64,000 bases of DNA from Ignavibacteriota bacterium. Lineage in GTDB: Bacteria > Bacteroidota > Ignavibacteria > UBA10030 > CAVZMI01. The DNA is taken from positions 1 through 64,000 of the forward strand of contig CAVZMI010000029.1 in the NCBI GenBank assembly GCA_963776275.1, given 5' to 3'. The notes under the pieces are model-generated. The model saw only the letters and a program-made list of their open reading frames with translations. It ran no database searches and was not told where the DNA came from. Below, piece by piece: positions 19,754-29,445 of the stretch (its first letter is position 1; each line of letters opens with the position of its first letter). The translations under genes were made by a program, and so were the position numbers.

Positions 19754-19773
19754 CATTCTGATGTGTGGTAAAA

Positions 19774-20325
19774 TTAAGAGACGGTAGCGGGGTAATTAAC
19801 ACTGCCCCCAGCCAACTTCTTCCAATCCATTCCCGTCAATCTCTGACGGAAGTTGACCTCCACGTCAAGCACTTTCTGTTGATTCACCTGTGTCGTCGAA
19901 CCTTGGTTGATGATTCGAACACCGAGGAACGCATTTAGGATTGTTGGAACGCCATTGACGGTCATTGGATGATCATCACCCGTCACTTCGAGGATCGTCA
20001 ACTCAGAGAGACTTCGTATGCTTTCCCAAGTTGGCATGGCATCGTTTGCGGCGAGATTGAAGACTACCTGGATACGACCGGTTCCAACCTCAGTCCTTCC
20101 ATAATTTGTTTCCTGCACGAATGTCGTATTGATCTCATCTGCCTGAGTCGTCGGTGTCGCCATAGACCAGTTAAAATTCGATCCTCTGGCTACAATATTA
20201 TTAGCCTGAATCTTTTGACCTGGTTCAAGTTCTCCTTGTATCAAGATCACCTTCAGAGCGGTCCCGTTGTAACCATGAGCATACGCTCTCGGGTCATTTA
20301 CTGCTGTTACGGCTGCTTTTGCCAT
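19774..20325 (-). CDS. Tail tube protein
   Basis: 183 aa, directly downstream of sheath. Confidence 0.7.
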   Translation of the reverse strand: MAKAAVTAVNDPRAYAHGYNGTALKVILIQGELEPGQKIQANNIVARGSNFNWSMATPTTQADEINTTFVQETNYGRTEVGTGRIQVVFNLAANDAMPTWESIRSLSELTILEVTGDDHPMTVNGVPTILNAFLGVRIINQGSTTQVNQQKVLDVEVNFRQRLTGMDWKKLAGGSVNYPATVS

Positions 20326-20400
20326 GTCCTTATCTCCCCCAAAATGTATATGAATGCTTTAAATCGTTTTTTTACCTCGTACTGCAAAATCGCATGCCCC

Positions 20401-22107
20401 TTAATTGACAACGATGGTATTGGTGATTCCGATGAAGTCTGTCGGACTATCGAGAGCCACAGATCGATCGATCTTCCAGGCATTGCCTTCTTTGTATATC
20501 CGATCGATTTTGTAATCGGTGATATACTTATAATCGTTCTTTAGCTTCTCACCGAATCCGATGGCTGCTACACTAACCGTCTGTTGTGTCACACCATCTT
20601 CGCCGGCCAAGGCATCCATTGTTTCCAGGATTCCGCGGAGATCGAAATCTGCAAGATCCCGAAGTGTGATAAGATATGTCTTCTTGGTCTGGGTGTTGAA
20701 CGATACAGAATGATCCTGATATGTTGTGACACCCTGTGAAACTGTCCAACCCACTTTTGACATTTGAATCATTACGATTCCGGCTCTCACGAATTTTTCA
20801 TATGCTGCATCCTCTTTGAAGTATGCACATTCTACCGTCAAAGCCAATACTACATCATTGGTCTGATTGTGGATGATATCGTTCGAAAGTCGGATACCGA
20901 ATAATTCACCGGCATAACTCAGACTTGCCGGCAAATCATCAAGTCCTACACCGGCCAGCTGTACATCATCAGAATTCAATGTTAGTGCTCGATGAACAAG
21001 TGATGTTGTTTCTGAGTCAGACAGTAGATAATCACCCGCGTCCACACCGGTTATGATGGCTACCGGTTTGTTGAGTGATCGCATTGAATTGGCAAGATCC
21101 CTGAATGCTGCATGATTAGCTGCATCCGATGTCGCTAAGCCCAAAACGCGCAAATATATCTTGTTGACGAGGGCAAATTCCTCATTCCAGCGATGGAAGT
21201 TGTCGGCGATTGACTGCCAATCTTCAGCCTGAGCTGCAGGTGATGTTGCTTGCGTCGCATCTGTAACCGTACCAAGATATTTTGCAGCAAGTGTAGTCGG
21301 TGGTACCACTTCCTCAACTACCTCCTGGAGCTCAACGATCTGTGAATTTGCATAAAAAGCTCTGAGAAGAGTGGTCGTTGTTATTGCACTGGACACTTCT
21401 TGCTTCTCGGTATCCGGTTGAAATACTCGCGCATATGCCGCTTTCGTCAGATCTGTTCCGAGAGCTTCATCAAGTGTAATACGATTATTATCTGTATCCA
21501 ATGCCGTAATTACTTTACTGATCGGGCCGGCACTGTTTGCATTATCAGTTATTAAAATCGTATCCCCGATCTTGTACTTTGTCCCGATTTTGACAACACT
21601 GATGATTGTATCGTCGTCGGCGGCATCAGCAGAAAGAAATGCAAGATTTTTCGGCGGAATCAATGTATGGATACTCTCTGCAATCGTCAGTTGCACATCG
21701 TTTTCCTGAGCTCCCCAATCTTTTGATTTCAATGAGAACGATGTATCTGTCGAATTTTTTACGGCTACATCTGATAGTTTTGTCAGAGGATTTACCCCAA
21801 GACAAAACACGGTTCCCGCTCCGCCTTTCTTCGCGTACCGGAAGAACGTAACCAATTCTGAATCTTCGCCGAAAGCGTTGATCACTTCCTGTGTATCGCT
21901 GAAACCTTTAATCAAATCTGACCCGCTTTTATTCGGCACAGTGTCTTCCTCACCTATCCCCTCATTAAAAGGGAGACCCTTCACCTGTTTCCCGATCACC
22001 ACACCGCAATTGAATACCGGCATTGCGCTCCCACCCGCATTAATTACTTTGGTGACACAATACGCGCCGGGTACGAAAAAAGTCTTACCACCAAGAAATA
22101 ATGACAT
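20401..22107 (-). CDS. Contractile tail sheath protein
   Basis: FVPGAYC N-terminus; SKDWGAQEN; VSQGVTTYQ; C-terminal PTDFIGIT. Confidence 0.88.
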   Translation of the reverse strand: MSLFLGGKTFFVPGAYCVTKVINAGGSAMPVFNCGVVIGKQVKGLPFNEGIGEEDTVPNKSGSDLIKGFSDTQEVINAFGEDSELVTFFRYAKKGGAGTVFCLGVNPLTKLSDVAVKNSTDTSFSLKSKDWGAQENDVQLTIAESIHTLIPPKNLAFLSADAADDDTIISVVKIGTKYKIGDTILITDNANSAGPISKVITALDTDNNRITLDEALGTDLTKAAYARVFQPDTEKQEVSSAITTTTLLRAFYANSQIVELQEVVEEVVPPTTLAAKYLGTVTDATQATSPAAQAEDWQSIADNFHRWNEEFALVNKIYLRVLGLATSDAANHAAFRDLANSMRSLNKPVAIITGVDAGDYLLSDSETTSLVHRALTLNSDDVQLAGVGLDDLPASLSYAGELFGIRLSNDIIHNQTNDVVLALTVECAYFKEDAAYEKFVRAGIVMIQMSKVGWTVSQGVTTYQDHSVSFNTQTKKTYLITLRDLADFDLRGILETMDALAGEDGVTQQTVSVAAIGFGEKLKNDYKYITDYKIDRIYKEGNAWKIDRSVALDSPTDFIGITNTIVVN

Positions 22108-22138
22108 GATATTTACTCCTCTCTAATAATTGTGATAT

Positions 22139-22657
22139 TTATATATGAGCCCATCTTTGTTTTGATTGAATTCTACTTATTTGTTGCTGTAATACTCCAT
22201 ATGTTTCTGCAATTTTTCGTTGTGAAAGTTTCCCATGGAGCTTTCTGATTTCTAAAACTTGTTCTTCGGTTAATTTTGCTTGATGATGTTTTGAGCCAAT
22301 CAATGCAGTGCCATCTCGCAATTTATCTTCGTTGCAATTTTTTGAATGTGTGCCATAATATAGATTTGCAAGTGAATTGTTTTTCTTACCATTGGAACCA
22401 TGGCAGCCTTCATGGTTCGGTGGGCAGGGACCAACGAAAGTAAGAAGTACCAAACGATGAACATAAAATTTTGGATATTTACCATCAATACTAAGATGGA
22501 CCATATAATATCCTTTTCCAGCTTTCCAAGGCTTTAATTTTCTCAATCTTGGAAAAGTATCTTTTTTATTTGCCGGGAATGGTTTCATGGAAAATATATC
22601 ACCCACATCAGATGCATAATAATCTGAGTATCCCGGTATTTCTCTCATCTCAGCCAT
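22139..22657 (-). CDS. NUMOD4-HNH homing endonuclease
   Basis: Start MAEMREIPGY at 22657 (TAATG coupling); VHRLVLLTFVG..CHGSNG..NLYYGTHSKN. Confidence 0.9.
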   Translation of the reverse strand: MAEMREIPGYSDYYASDVGDIFSMKPFPANKKDTFPRLRKLKPWKAGKGYYMVHLSIDGKYPKFYVHRLVLLTFVGPCPPNHEGCHGSNGKKNNSLANLYYGTHSKNCNEDKLRDGTALIGSKHHQAKLTEEQVLEIRKLHGKLSQRKIAETYGVLQQQISRIQSKQRWAHI

Positions 22658-22959
22658 TAAATCGCTCCCCCGGCGGTCACAAACTGCGTCGTGAAAGTAT
22701 CTCTGCATATAATTTGTTTTCCATCAACATCACCGGATATTTCACAATAATATTGTTTATCCTTTTCGGAGAAAATAGTTGAATAGTCATAATAATAAAC
22801 GCCAGTGGATTCCTTAGTCAATCCCGAAACTGTTTTTATTTTTTTAAAGTTTTTATCGTAAATAACCAGTTTCGTGTTTGAGGGATCAACAATGTTATCT
22901 TCTAAATCCTTGAAGACGGCACGAATTCTTATGATACTTCCACTTAAACAATAGATCAT
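22657..22959 (-). CDS. Ig-like virion protein
   Basis: GSIIRIRAVFKD..VDP..KESTGVYYYDY motif. Confidence 0.5.
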   Translation of the reverse strand: MIYCLSGSIIRIRAVFKDLEDNIVDPSNTKLVIYDKNFKKIKTVSGLTKESTGVYYYDYSTIFSEKDKQYYCEISGDVDGKQIICRDTFTTQFVTAGGAI

Positions 22960-23180
22960 TTTACTCCGAGTGTTAATTCATGAACGTTAATTGTTAAAGT
23001 AGATTTACTAACAGTGATTGAACTGTTCAACTTTCCATTTAATGGATTAATAATAAAAACATTCGCATTTGCGATCTTCAATGTCATATCTGTTTTTGCA
23101 AGCAAGAATTGAAAAATAGCCTTACATTGTCGTTCGATACTTTCACTTGTGTCGAGAATTAAATAGAACCAGCTATTCAT
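22956..23180 (-). CDS. Hypothetical virion protein
   Basis: MNSWFYLILDTS resembles the N-terminus of 24411..25097. Confidence 0.35.
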   Translation of the reverse strand: MNSWFYLILDTSESIERQCKAIFQFLLAKTDMTLKIANANVFIINPLNGKLNSSITVSKSTLTINVHELTLGVK

Positions 23181-23584
23181 GTGCGTCTGCTCCATCCTGC
23201 TGAATTGTGTCCAAAAACGTCAATCGGATATACCTTGTCCCCGTTCATCAATTCTTGATCTTCAACATTGAAGTTAACATCTTGTGAAGCATTAATTGAA
23301 CCACCATTGCCTACCAAAAGTCCTACTCCTACCTGACCGTTCCCGTCTGCTCGAGCTTCCCACTGATCGCAATTCTCATTCGAACGGAAAACAACAGTTG
23401 AAATATCCATTCCAATAACTGCCGATATTTTATTTCGTGTGTATGATTGTATAACAATTATCGGTATTCCGGCAATCTCAAAAAATCCTTGAACAATCTT
23501 TTCCAATCCATAGCCAGAAAATCTCTGTAAAAAATTCCCTGATCTTAATCTTCCGCTCGGATTTCTTCGCCAAAGATTATTCAT
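23177..23584 (-). CDS. Hypothetical virion protein
   Basis: ORF track; translationally coupled. Confidence 0.45.
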   Translation of the reverse strand: MNNLWRRNPSGRLRSGNFLQRFSGYGLEKIVQGFFEIAGIPIIVIQSYTRNKISAVIGMDISTVVFRSNENCDQWEARADGNGQVGVGLLVGNGGSINASQDVNFNVEDQELMNGDKVYPIDVFGHNSAGWSRRT

Positions 23585-24426
23585 CCGCTTGCCACTTCCA
23601 AAATGAGTTCAGGCAGGCCCGTCGCTGTGCTATCGGCCACAACCTGTAAAATTAAAGCACTATCTGAATAAACAACTGGCATACCGGTTTTTAACATATC
23701 ATGAATGTCACCATCATTTGCCGCACGTACTCTACCGGAAGTCCAAAGAGGTCGAAGTATCAATACATTGAAAGTCCCGGCAGTCATTGCGGTGCTGCCA
23801 TTGGTTACAATAACCGATTCTATTTTCTGTATACCAACATCTCCGGATGCTAATGCTATTTGGAACATCTTGCCCAATGTAAGTGCATTTGCAGCTTGAG
23901 CAGCCGAAATGATAGATGTATGTCCGGTTGCTCCTTCGGAATTCGTGTATGTAACCTGAACTTGCCAGTTCGTACCTGTTACAAAAGCAGTTACGACTTC
24001 AATCCATATTTCATTTCCCTTCCCAAAAATAGTTCCACTTCCGGGATAATCAGGGCAACGTTGAGAGATTACTGGTTGGGCAGAAAGGTTTGTTGTTCCG
24101 CCTGCATAAGAATATGCTCCTGCTTTGAAAAGCATATCATAAATTGATAGACGACTGGCAACCGAGTTACCAAACTCTACTTTTGATAGATACCCAACAC
24201 CGGATGTAAAGAGAATAATTGGACATCCTGCTGTTGCATCTGTTGGGACCACTCCATTGGCGGTAGATGTTCCTGCGAGAATACCGGCTCCTGGATTACC
24301 CGCCAAGTCAAAAACACTGAACGGGATAACTGCCACACTTGTTCTTGAGGCGGTTTTATTTATCGTTATCCGTTGTTTTACAGATGCAATGTACTGATCG
24401 AGTGATGTAATCATACTGTACTCCAT
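23581..24426 (-). CDS. Hypothetical virion protein
   Basis: ORF track, 281 aa; VTYTNSEG..G motif. Confidence 0.5.
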   Translation of the reverse strand: MEYSMITSLDQYIASVKQRITINKTASRTSVAVIPFSVFDLAGNPGAGILAGTSTANGVVPTDATAGCPIILFTSGVGYLSKVEFGNSVASRLSIYDMLFKAGAYSYAGGTTNLSAQPVISQRCPDYPGSGTIFGKGNEIWIEVVTAFVTGTNWQVQVTYTNSEGATGHTSIISAAQAANALTLGKMFQIALASGDVGIQKIESVIVTNGSTAMTAGTFNVLILRPLWTSGRVRAANDGDIHDMLKTGMPVVYSDSALILQVVADSTATGLPELILEVASG

Positions 24427-25097
24427 AGACCAGCTTGGTCTTTAGTGAATACTTTTATAATTTTCTGCCCATCACCACTGGAGGCGGCTTCCAGATCCGC
24501 ACCGTCGATTGTGCAATTGATATTCGTTGTAGCCGGATAATTCCCCGCCGCGCCATTCATGTTGGTGGAACCATTTGCCGTTCCAATTAGGATCCCTGCA
24601 CTGTGGATGCTATCGATTGCAGGTACGACTTTAACTTTGTATTCATCAAAAATAGAATCGCATTGGAAGCTAAACGAACAAGTCCGTTTCCCTGCTATTT
24701 TGGAGATTGTTGTTACATCCGGCCCTACGCTAATTGTTGAAACCGGTACCGTCATATCAAGAGTAATGGAATCGGTTGCCTGAGAAGATTCATTATACAC
24801 ATTATCACGGATCTTCAGGTACAATGTTTTCGAACCATCACCTGCAGAAAGCTTAACTTGCTTCGTTGCGTTAAACGAGATCCAGATCGATGAGCCTTCT
24901 GTCGACTGTATATTGGTATCATAAGACGGATCAACATTTCCCCAGATCTTCATCTGGTACCCGGTTGTATCTCCATCACTGGTGCTTATCGCACACGACA
25001 CTAATTGTACACTGGTATAAGCCGCTCCACCTTCAATAATTATTGAAGGCGATGCTGGCCCCGATGTATCTAAGGTTAAATTAAAATAACTGGACAT
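24411..25097 (-). CDS. Ig-like virion protein
   Basis: LTLDTSGP..GDGSKTLYLKIRD..DG.KIIKVF.KD.AG.WS. Confidence 0.55.
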   Translation of the reverse strand: MSSYFNLTLDTSGPASPSIIIEGGAAYTSVQLVSCAISTSDGDTTGYQMKIWGNVDPSYDTNIQSTEGSSIWISFNATKQVKLSAGDGSKTLYLKIRDNVYNESSQATDSITLDMTVPVSTISVGPDVTTISKIAGKRTCSFSFQCDSIFDEYKVKVVPAIDSIHSAGILIGTANGSTNMNGAAGNYPATTNINCTIDGADLEAASSGDGQKIIKVFTKDQAGLWSTV

Positions 25098-25120
25098 TGA
25101 CTACTCCTTCGTATCTTCCC

Positions 25121-25477
25121 TTACTTTGTTATCCGCTTCATTGCTGAACTGTAAATCTGCTCCCACTCACCGAGCGTCTTAATCTGACTCTGATCTCCAT
25201 GCTCTTGGAGGAAGATTTCCAACCGACTCTGGATCCCACGCGAATAGTTTTTTGACCGGCAGAAAGTCACAACATTGACCTTCGCCACTTCTTCATCTTT
25301 TGTCTTTTTCGTTATTTTCGCCGGCACCTTTCTGGATTTATTCGTTGTATCCACTTTGCTCGTATCGACATTAACTGATGATCCTGATACTCCCGGCACT
25401 AAAGGATCAGGGACTATTTGATTCGATGTTTTTTCATCAATTGCCGATTGATCGGTATTCGTTCCTTCTCTTTCCAT
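25121..25477 (-). CDS. Hypothetical protein upstream of sheath module
   Basis: ORF track; RBS aggagg. Confidence 0.5.
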   Translation of the reverse strand: MEREGTNTDQSAIDEKTSNQIVPDPLVPGVSGSSVNVDTSKVDTTNKSRKVPAKITKKTKDEEVAKVNVVTFCRSKNYSRGIQSRLEIFLQEHGDQSQIKTLGEWEQIYSSAMKRITK

Positions 25478-25478
25478 T

Positions 25479-26454
25479 TCATCCTCCTGCTAAATAAGTT
25501 GTGTCGACATACAACCACTCCCTTTTACCCTGTCCTCCAACTTGTAGTTGTTGCTCTATCACAAGTGCCACTGTCATCAAACCTTGTACACCTGCAGCAC
25601 CCTCATACTTTCCTTCGCCATCGCCACTCATAATAAATCTTGCATCCCAGACCATACCGTTACCAGCTCTCATGATGTACCGTCTCATGATGGGTCTCAT
25701 CACGCGCATAATATCAGTGAACTTATCCCGCCGTGCCGGATTCCCAATACAGACCCATTCAACTTGGAAGGCATCTATATCGCTCTCACCTTTTACTATT
25801 TGATCATTATACTCTGCAATGAAACTTGAAAAATATCGTTCCGCTATCTGTCCAGGTAATCGGCTGACAACGACAAAAAAATCTTCATCTTTAACCGCAG
25901 AATAATTTTTCATAACTCGAAGATTCTTAGGGATCTCCGGTTTTTGACCTTGCAGTGAACGAACGGCATCGATGGCTTTCTCCACTGCCCTGACAATCAG
26001 CGATTTTCCATCCACCGCATATATCTTGATCTGCGCTTCCGGGATGATACTAAGATCGATTGTGGATGAGGGTTTGTTCCACTTTTTATCTCTTATCATA
26101 GCTCGATAGAAATATTCTTTTCCGTTTTCTACTGAATAATCGACAATCCATGTATGCGCATTATCGAGATCTCTGAAAACAAATATTCCCAGATCTGCTA
26201 ATTGCCCATCACTCAATTCATCATCAAAATATTCCTCGATGTTTTCATTCGAAGGGTTTGCTCCCTGTTTCTTGAAAATATAGACCTGCCATACTTCAGG
26301 AAGATTTGTTGGCAATGTCCAATTCAGTTGGATTTCTCCACCATGTGGATCAGAGTTCGCTGTAAATGATTCCAGCGGATCTGTATCATCTCTTGTAACC
26401 ACGAGATAAAATATGAAGTGAAAAATTTTAGGGCGGCTCCTCAACTGGAGCCAT
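25479..26454 (-). CDS. Tail terminator/neck protein with N-terminal FN3-like domain (probable 1-nt indel near 26432)
   Basis: ORF 25479..26444; ATG at 26454 (MAPVEEPP) joins this frame if one C of CCC is removed. Confidence 0.55.
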
Positions 26455-26459
26455 GAGAG

Positions 26460-26499
26460 AAGTTATTCTCAAAATAGGTAATTATTACCGTGATAATGG
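26460..26499 (-). promoter_or_regulatory. Putative activator-dependent late promoter (copy 1)
   Basis: CCATTATCACGGTAATAATTACC-11 nt-TAACTT. Confidence 0.65.
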
Positions 26500-26566
26500 G
26501 AATTTAAACGAAAAATTTTCTTGACATTAATGTATAATATTATGAGATTCACGCATTATACTACTA

Positions 26567-26920
26567 ATGGAGCCTACCATGAAACCACGAATCACGTCTG
26601 TATTAATTGCATTTCTCTCGCTATTTTTTCTTATAGCTCAATTAGATGCCGGTCAATGCAAAGCCATAACAAAGAAGGGAACCCAATGTAAACGAGAAGC
26701 GGTTTCCGGTTCTGACTATTGCTGGCAACATGGGGGCTCAAAAAAGAACAATTCATCAGTTTCCTCAAAATCCACCGATCAGTCTCCTGCGACTAAACAA
26801 TCTAAAAAAGAGACAACCATCGGTACTACGGCAACCGGCAAATCCTTATATCAAGGACCGCGTGGAGGTGTATATCATTATAGTAAAAGTGGAAAAAAGG
26901 TATATCATAAAAGAAGGTAG
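26567..26920 (+). CDS. Small secreted protein (DUF5763-like Cys/His motif + PBCV basic adaptor-like tail); moron
   Basis: Signal peptide; CKAITKKGTQCKR..YCWQH; GPRGGVYHYSKSGKKVY. Confidence 0.7.
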   Translation: MEPTMKPRITSVLIAFLSLFFLIAQLDAGQCKAITKKGTQCKREAVSGSDYCWQHGGSKKNNSSVSSKSTDQSPATKQSKKETTIGTTATGKSLYQGPRGGVYHYSKSGKKVYHKRR

Positions 26921-26928
26921 GCTAATTT

Positions 26929-27153
26929 ATGAAACTATCTAAAGATATTCGTGATTTACTACTCTGTTTGTTAATTGCGATTTCTGTAATATTCATATTT
27001 CAAACTTGCAGTAAGGATAGTAATCCAACCTCATCCGGGGATTGTCCAAACGGAAGAAGTGGAGCGGTTTGCAACGATGGGACAACAAGTTCGGCGACGG
27101 GGAGTGGTGCTTGCTCAAAACATGGAGGTGTTAATCACTGGCTATGTAAATAA
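26929..27153 (+). CDS. Small DUF3761-like secreted/lipoprotein; moron
   Basis: GAVCNDGTTSSATGSGACSKHGGV..W. Confidence 0.7.
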   Translation: MKLSKDIRDLLLCLLIAISVIFIFQTCSKDSNPTSSGDCPNGRSGAVCNDGTTSSATGSGACSKHGGVNHWLCK

Positions 27154-27183
27154 ATATAAAATCCTCTCCATCCTTTCATCTTT

Positions 27184-28062
27184 TTATTCCGCAGCAAGTC
27201 CGGCTTTCTGGAAGGCGTCTTTGACGGCTTTTGCCAGCATCCCATAGAATTCTGTTTTCACTGAATTAATCGCCTTTTCAGCAATATGCGATGCCTGGAT
27301 CCCGGGATGTATCCACGCTTGGGGATCGGAGTTCTCGGATATTGTCCTGAATGATGAATACCGAGATCCGGAACCCGGACCAGCCTTGAATCTTACAATA
27401 TTCTCAAAAGGTGATGTTTTCCATGTGTACCGTACTGATCCTGTTGGCTCCCCGCCGCGAGGATATAGAGTCTGGCTCCCAGGTTTCCCCGCTCCCGATC
27501 GGGCCAGATCTCCTGTGACCGGAAAGACTTTCGATCGTCTGCCCAGATCTCCCATCCCCTTCAGCCGGCCGCCCCAGTCATATGAGCGCTGATCGCCCCG
27601 GGCCGTGTTTCTTATTATTGTGGTAATCCTACTTTCTCTCAAACCCCGGGCGCCCTCATACACTCCGGCTTCTTTGAGTTCGGATGTCGAATGTTCAAAA
27701 GGTATATGGATATATCTTTTTCCATCTTTCCCTACTTTTACCTTTGCACTCGTGCTCAACATTTTCTTGAGATCGAATGGTTGAACACCTTCCTCCAGAT
27801 ATTTCGCTGCAACATGTCTATTGACCACGAAAAATTGTAGTGGATCATGCTCGAATGGATATTCAATTCCTTCATCGATCTTTTGAATGTAGCCCCCGGG
27901 TCTTTTGAGGGCTGTCGCCGCTTCTTTGTGCCACGCCTGCACTAAAACCCCATAGCCGAAAGCCTCGACCTCACGCTCCAACTGCTCCTTCAATCCTTCA
28001 ATTGCACTAACCAGATTTTCGAAAGGGGTGATATCGATAAAATATGAGAGTCGGATATCCAT
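27184..28062 (-). CDS. Neck/tail-completion protein (SPO1/Twort-like)
   Basis: PFDLK..L; GKRYIHIPF.H; FRTISENSDPQAWIHPG. Confidence 0.7.
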   Translation of the reverse strand: MDIRLSYFIDITPFENLVSAIEGLKEQLEREVEAFGYGVLVQAWHKEAATALKRPGGYIQKIDEGIEYPFEHDPLQFFVVNRHVAAKYLEEGVQPFDLKKMLSTSAKVKVGKDGKRYIHIPFEHSTSELKEAGVYEGARGLRESRITTIIRNTARGDQRSYDWGGRLKGMGDLGRRSKVFPVTGDLARSGAGKPGSQTLYPRGGEPTGSVRYTWKTSPFENIVRFKAGPGSGSRYSSFRTISENSDPQAWIHPGIQASHIAEKAINSVKTEFYGMLAKAVKDAFQKAGLAAE

Positions 28063-28086
28063 TATTAATATTTCTATGTGAATAAC

Positions 28087-28115
28087 TTGCTTTTTAAAAT
28101 GAATATAGCTATACT
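28087..28115 (+). promoter_or_regulatory. Sigma70-type promoter for RHH-tnpB, leaderless start
   Basis: TTGCTT-17 nt-TATACT, then 6 nt to ATG at 28122. Confidence 0.65.
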
Positions 28116-28121
28116 ATCTAT

Positions 28122-28253
28122 ATGAGAATCTTCCAAATTTATCTGACCAAACCTCAGATTGCGGCACTTAAAAAGCTCTCAGAGAAACTCGATCTAAGCA
28201 TTGCCGAGCTCGTGCGTCGTGCCATTGATATGTTCTTGGAACAACAAAAATGA
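28122..28253 (+). CDS. Ribbon-helix-helix (CopG-like) protein, 43 aa (not in ORF track)
   Basis: MRIFQIYLTKPQIAALKKLSEKLDLSIAELVRRAIDMFLEQQK; ATGA overlap with tnpB. Confidence 0.8.
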   Translation: MRIFQIYLTKPQIAALKKLSEKLDLSIAELVRRAIDMFLEQQK

Positions 28254-29389
28254 GACGCACATTTCAATATCGAGTTCAACTTTCTAAAACTAATGAAGCG
28301 AATTGTCTCAGATGGTTAGAGCAATGCCGAATTCTCTACAACCTTGCTCTTGAACAACGTATTACCATCTATCGACAAAGCAGAAAATCCCTTTCTTGTT
28401 ACGATCAAATAAAACAGTTGCCCGAACTCAAAAAAGAGTTTTCCGATTTCAAACAGGTTGATTCTCAATGTTTGCAGGATGTTCTTGAACGACTCGATAA
28501 AGCATTTAAAGGATTCTTTCGGCATGTCAAACAGGGTAAAGCTGGATTTCCACGCTTCAAGTCTTTTGGAAGATATGATTCCTTCACGTTGAAACAATGC
28601 AGTTGGAAACTCAATATTAGAAATCTTACCATCAAAAATATCGGAGTTCTCAGCCTTCGTCTCTCCCGGCCGATCGAAGGCCGTATCAAGACCATTACAA
28701 TTCGTCGAACTCCAACCGGCAAATGGTTCGCCTGTTTCTCCTGTGATGAGGTTCCCGTTCGAAGCTTTCCGATAACCACGGCCGAAGTGGGTATCGATGT
28801 TGGTAGCAGAACATTTTGTACAGACTCCGATGGATTCAGTATTCCCAATCCAAAATATTTGAAACAGGGGCAAGCTGATCTCCGACGCAAGCAGCGTCGC
28901 CTTGCCAGGCGTGTCAGAGGCTCGCAACGCAGGAAGAAAGCACGGATGCTTGTAGCTAAGGCCCACGAGAAAGTAGCCAATCAGCGGAAAGATTTTCTTC
29001 ATAAGTTGGCGAACGACTATATAAGAAAATACAAAACGATCCATATTGAGGATCTCAATATTCAAGAAATGGTAAAAGGAATTAAAGGCAATACGAAATA
29101 CATCGGCAAATCCGTGGCCGATGCCGGATGGGGTGAATTCTTTCGAATGCTCTCGTACAAAGCGGAAGAAGCTGGTCGAGTCATTGTTAGAGTTCCCTCG
29201 AAGGATACGACAACCACCTGTTCCCGATGCGGCGTTGCTGTTCCAAAATCTCTTACCATTCGTATTCATCGATGTCCCTCTTGTAATCTTAAAATCGGCC
29301 GTGACCTAAATGCGGCTCTGAATCTTTTAAGGGTCGGGCAGACCCTTCAGGCGTCAACGTGGGCTGATGTAAGGCCGTGCGTTGCCTGA
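28250..29389 (+). CDS. tnpB: RNA-guided endonuclease TnpB (IS200/IS605 family), RuvC D-E-D intact; no tnpA nearby
   Basis: GFPRFKS; VGIDVG; IHIEDL; CSRCG..CPSC zinc finger; RDLNAALN. Confidence 0.95.
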   Translation: MRRTFQYRVQLSKTNEANCLRWLEQCRILYNLALEQRITIYRQSRKSLSCYDQIKQLPELKKEFSDFKQVDSQCLQDVLERLDKAFKGFFRHVKQGKAGFPRFKSFGRYDSFTLKQCSWKLNIRNLTIKNIGVLSLRLSRPIEGRIKTITIRRTPTGKWFACFSCDEVPVRSFPITTAEVGIDVGSRTFCTDSDGFSIPNPKYLKQGQADLRRKQRRLARRVRGSQRRKKARMLVAKAHEKVANQRKDFLHKLANDYIRKYKTIHIEDLNIQEMVKGIKGNTKYIGKSVADAGWGEFFRMLSYKAEEAGRVIVRVPSKDTTTTCSRCGVAVPKSLTIRIHRCPSCNLKIGRDLNAALNLLRVGQTLQASTWADVRPCVA

Positions 29390-29445
29390 GAATCTCGGCG
29401 TTTTTAAAAGCATGGGAATGTCAAAGCCTCTCATATTTCATAGCC
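29329..29445 (+). ncRNA. TnpB omegaRNA (5' limit uncertain); right end TGTCAA at 29419-29424, guide from ~29425
   Basis: Hairpins aagggtc..gaccctt and tcaggc..gcctga, then GAATCTC..GGGAATGTCAA, typical of IS605 right ends overlapping the tnpB 3' end. Confidence 0.75.

Noticed and set aside
8883-22107. Stand-alone contractile injection system / tailocin
   Set aside because: Capsid, protease, portal and an att site are present, so this is a phage tail.
28316-29269. 317-aa antisense ORF over tnpB
   Set aside because: No recognisable motifs; shadow of tnpB.
28250-29389. Nuclease-dead TldR or Cas12f CRISPR effector
   Set aside because: All three RuvC acidic residues are present and there is no CRISPR array; an IS605-type right end follows.
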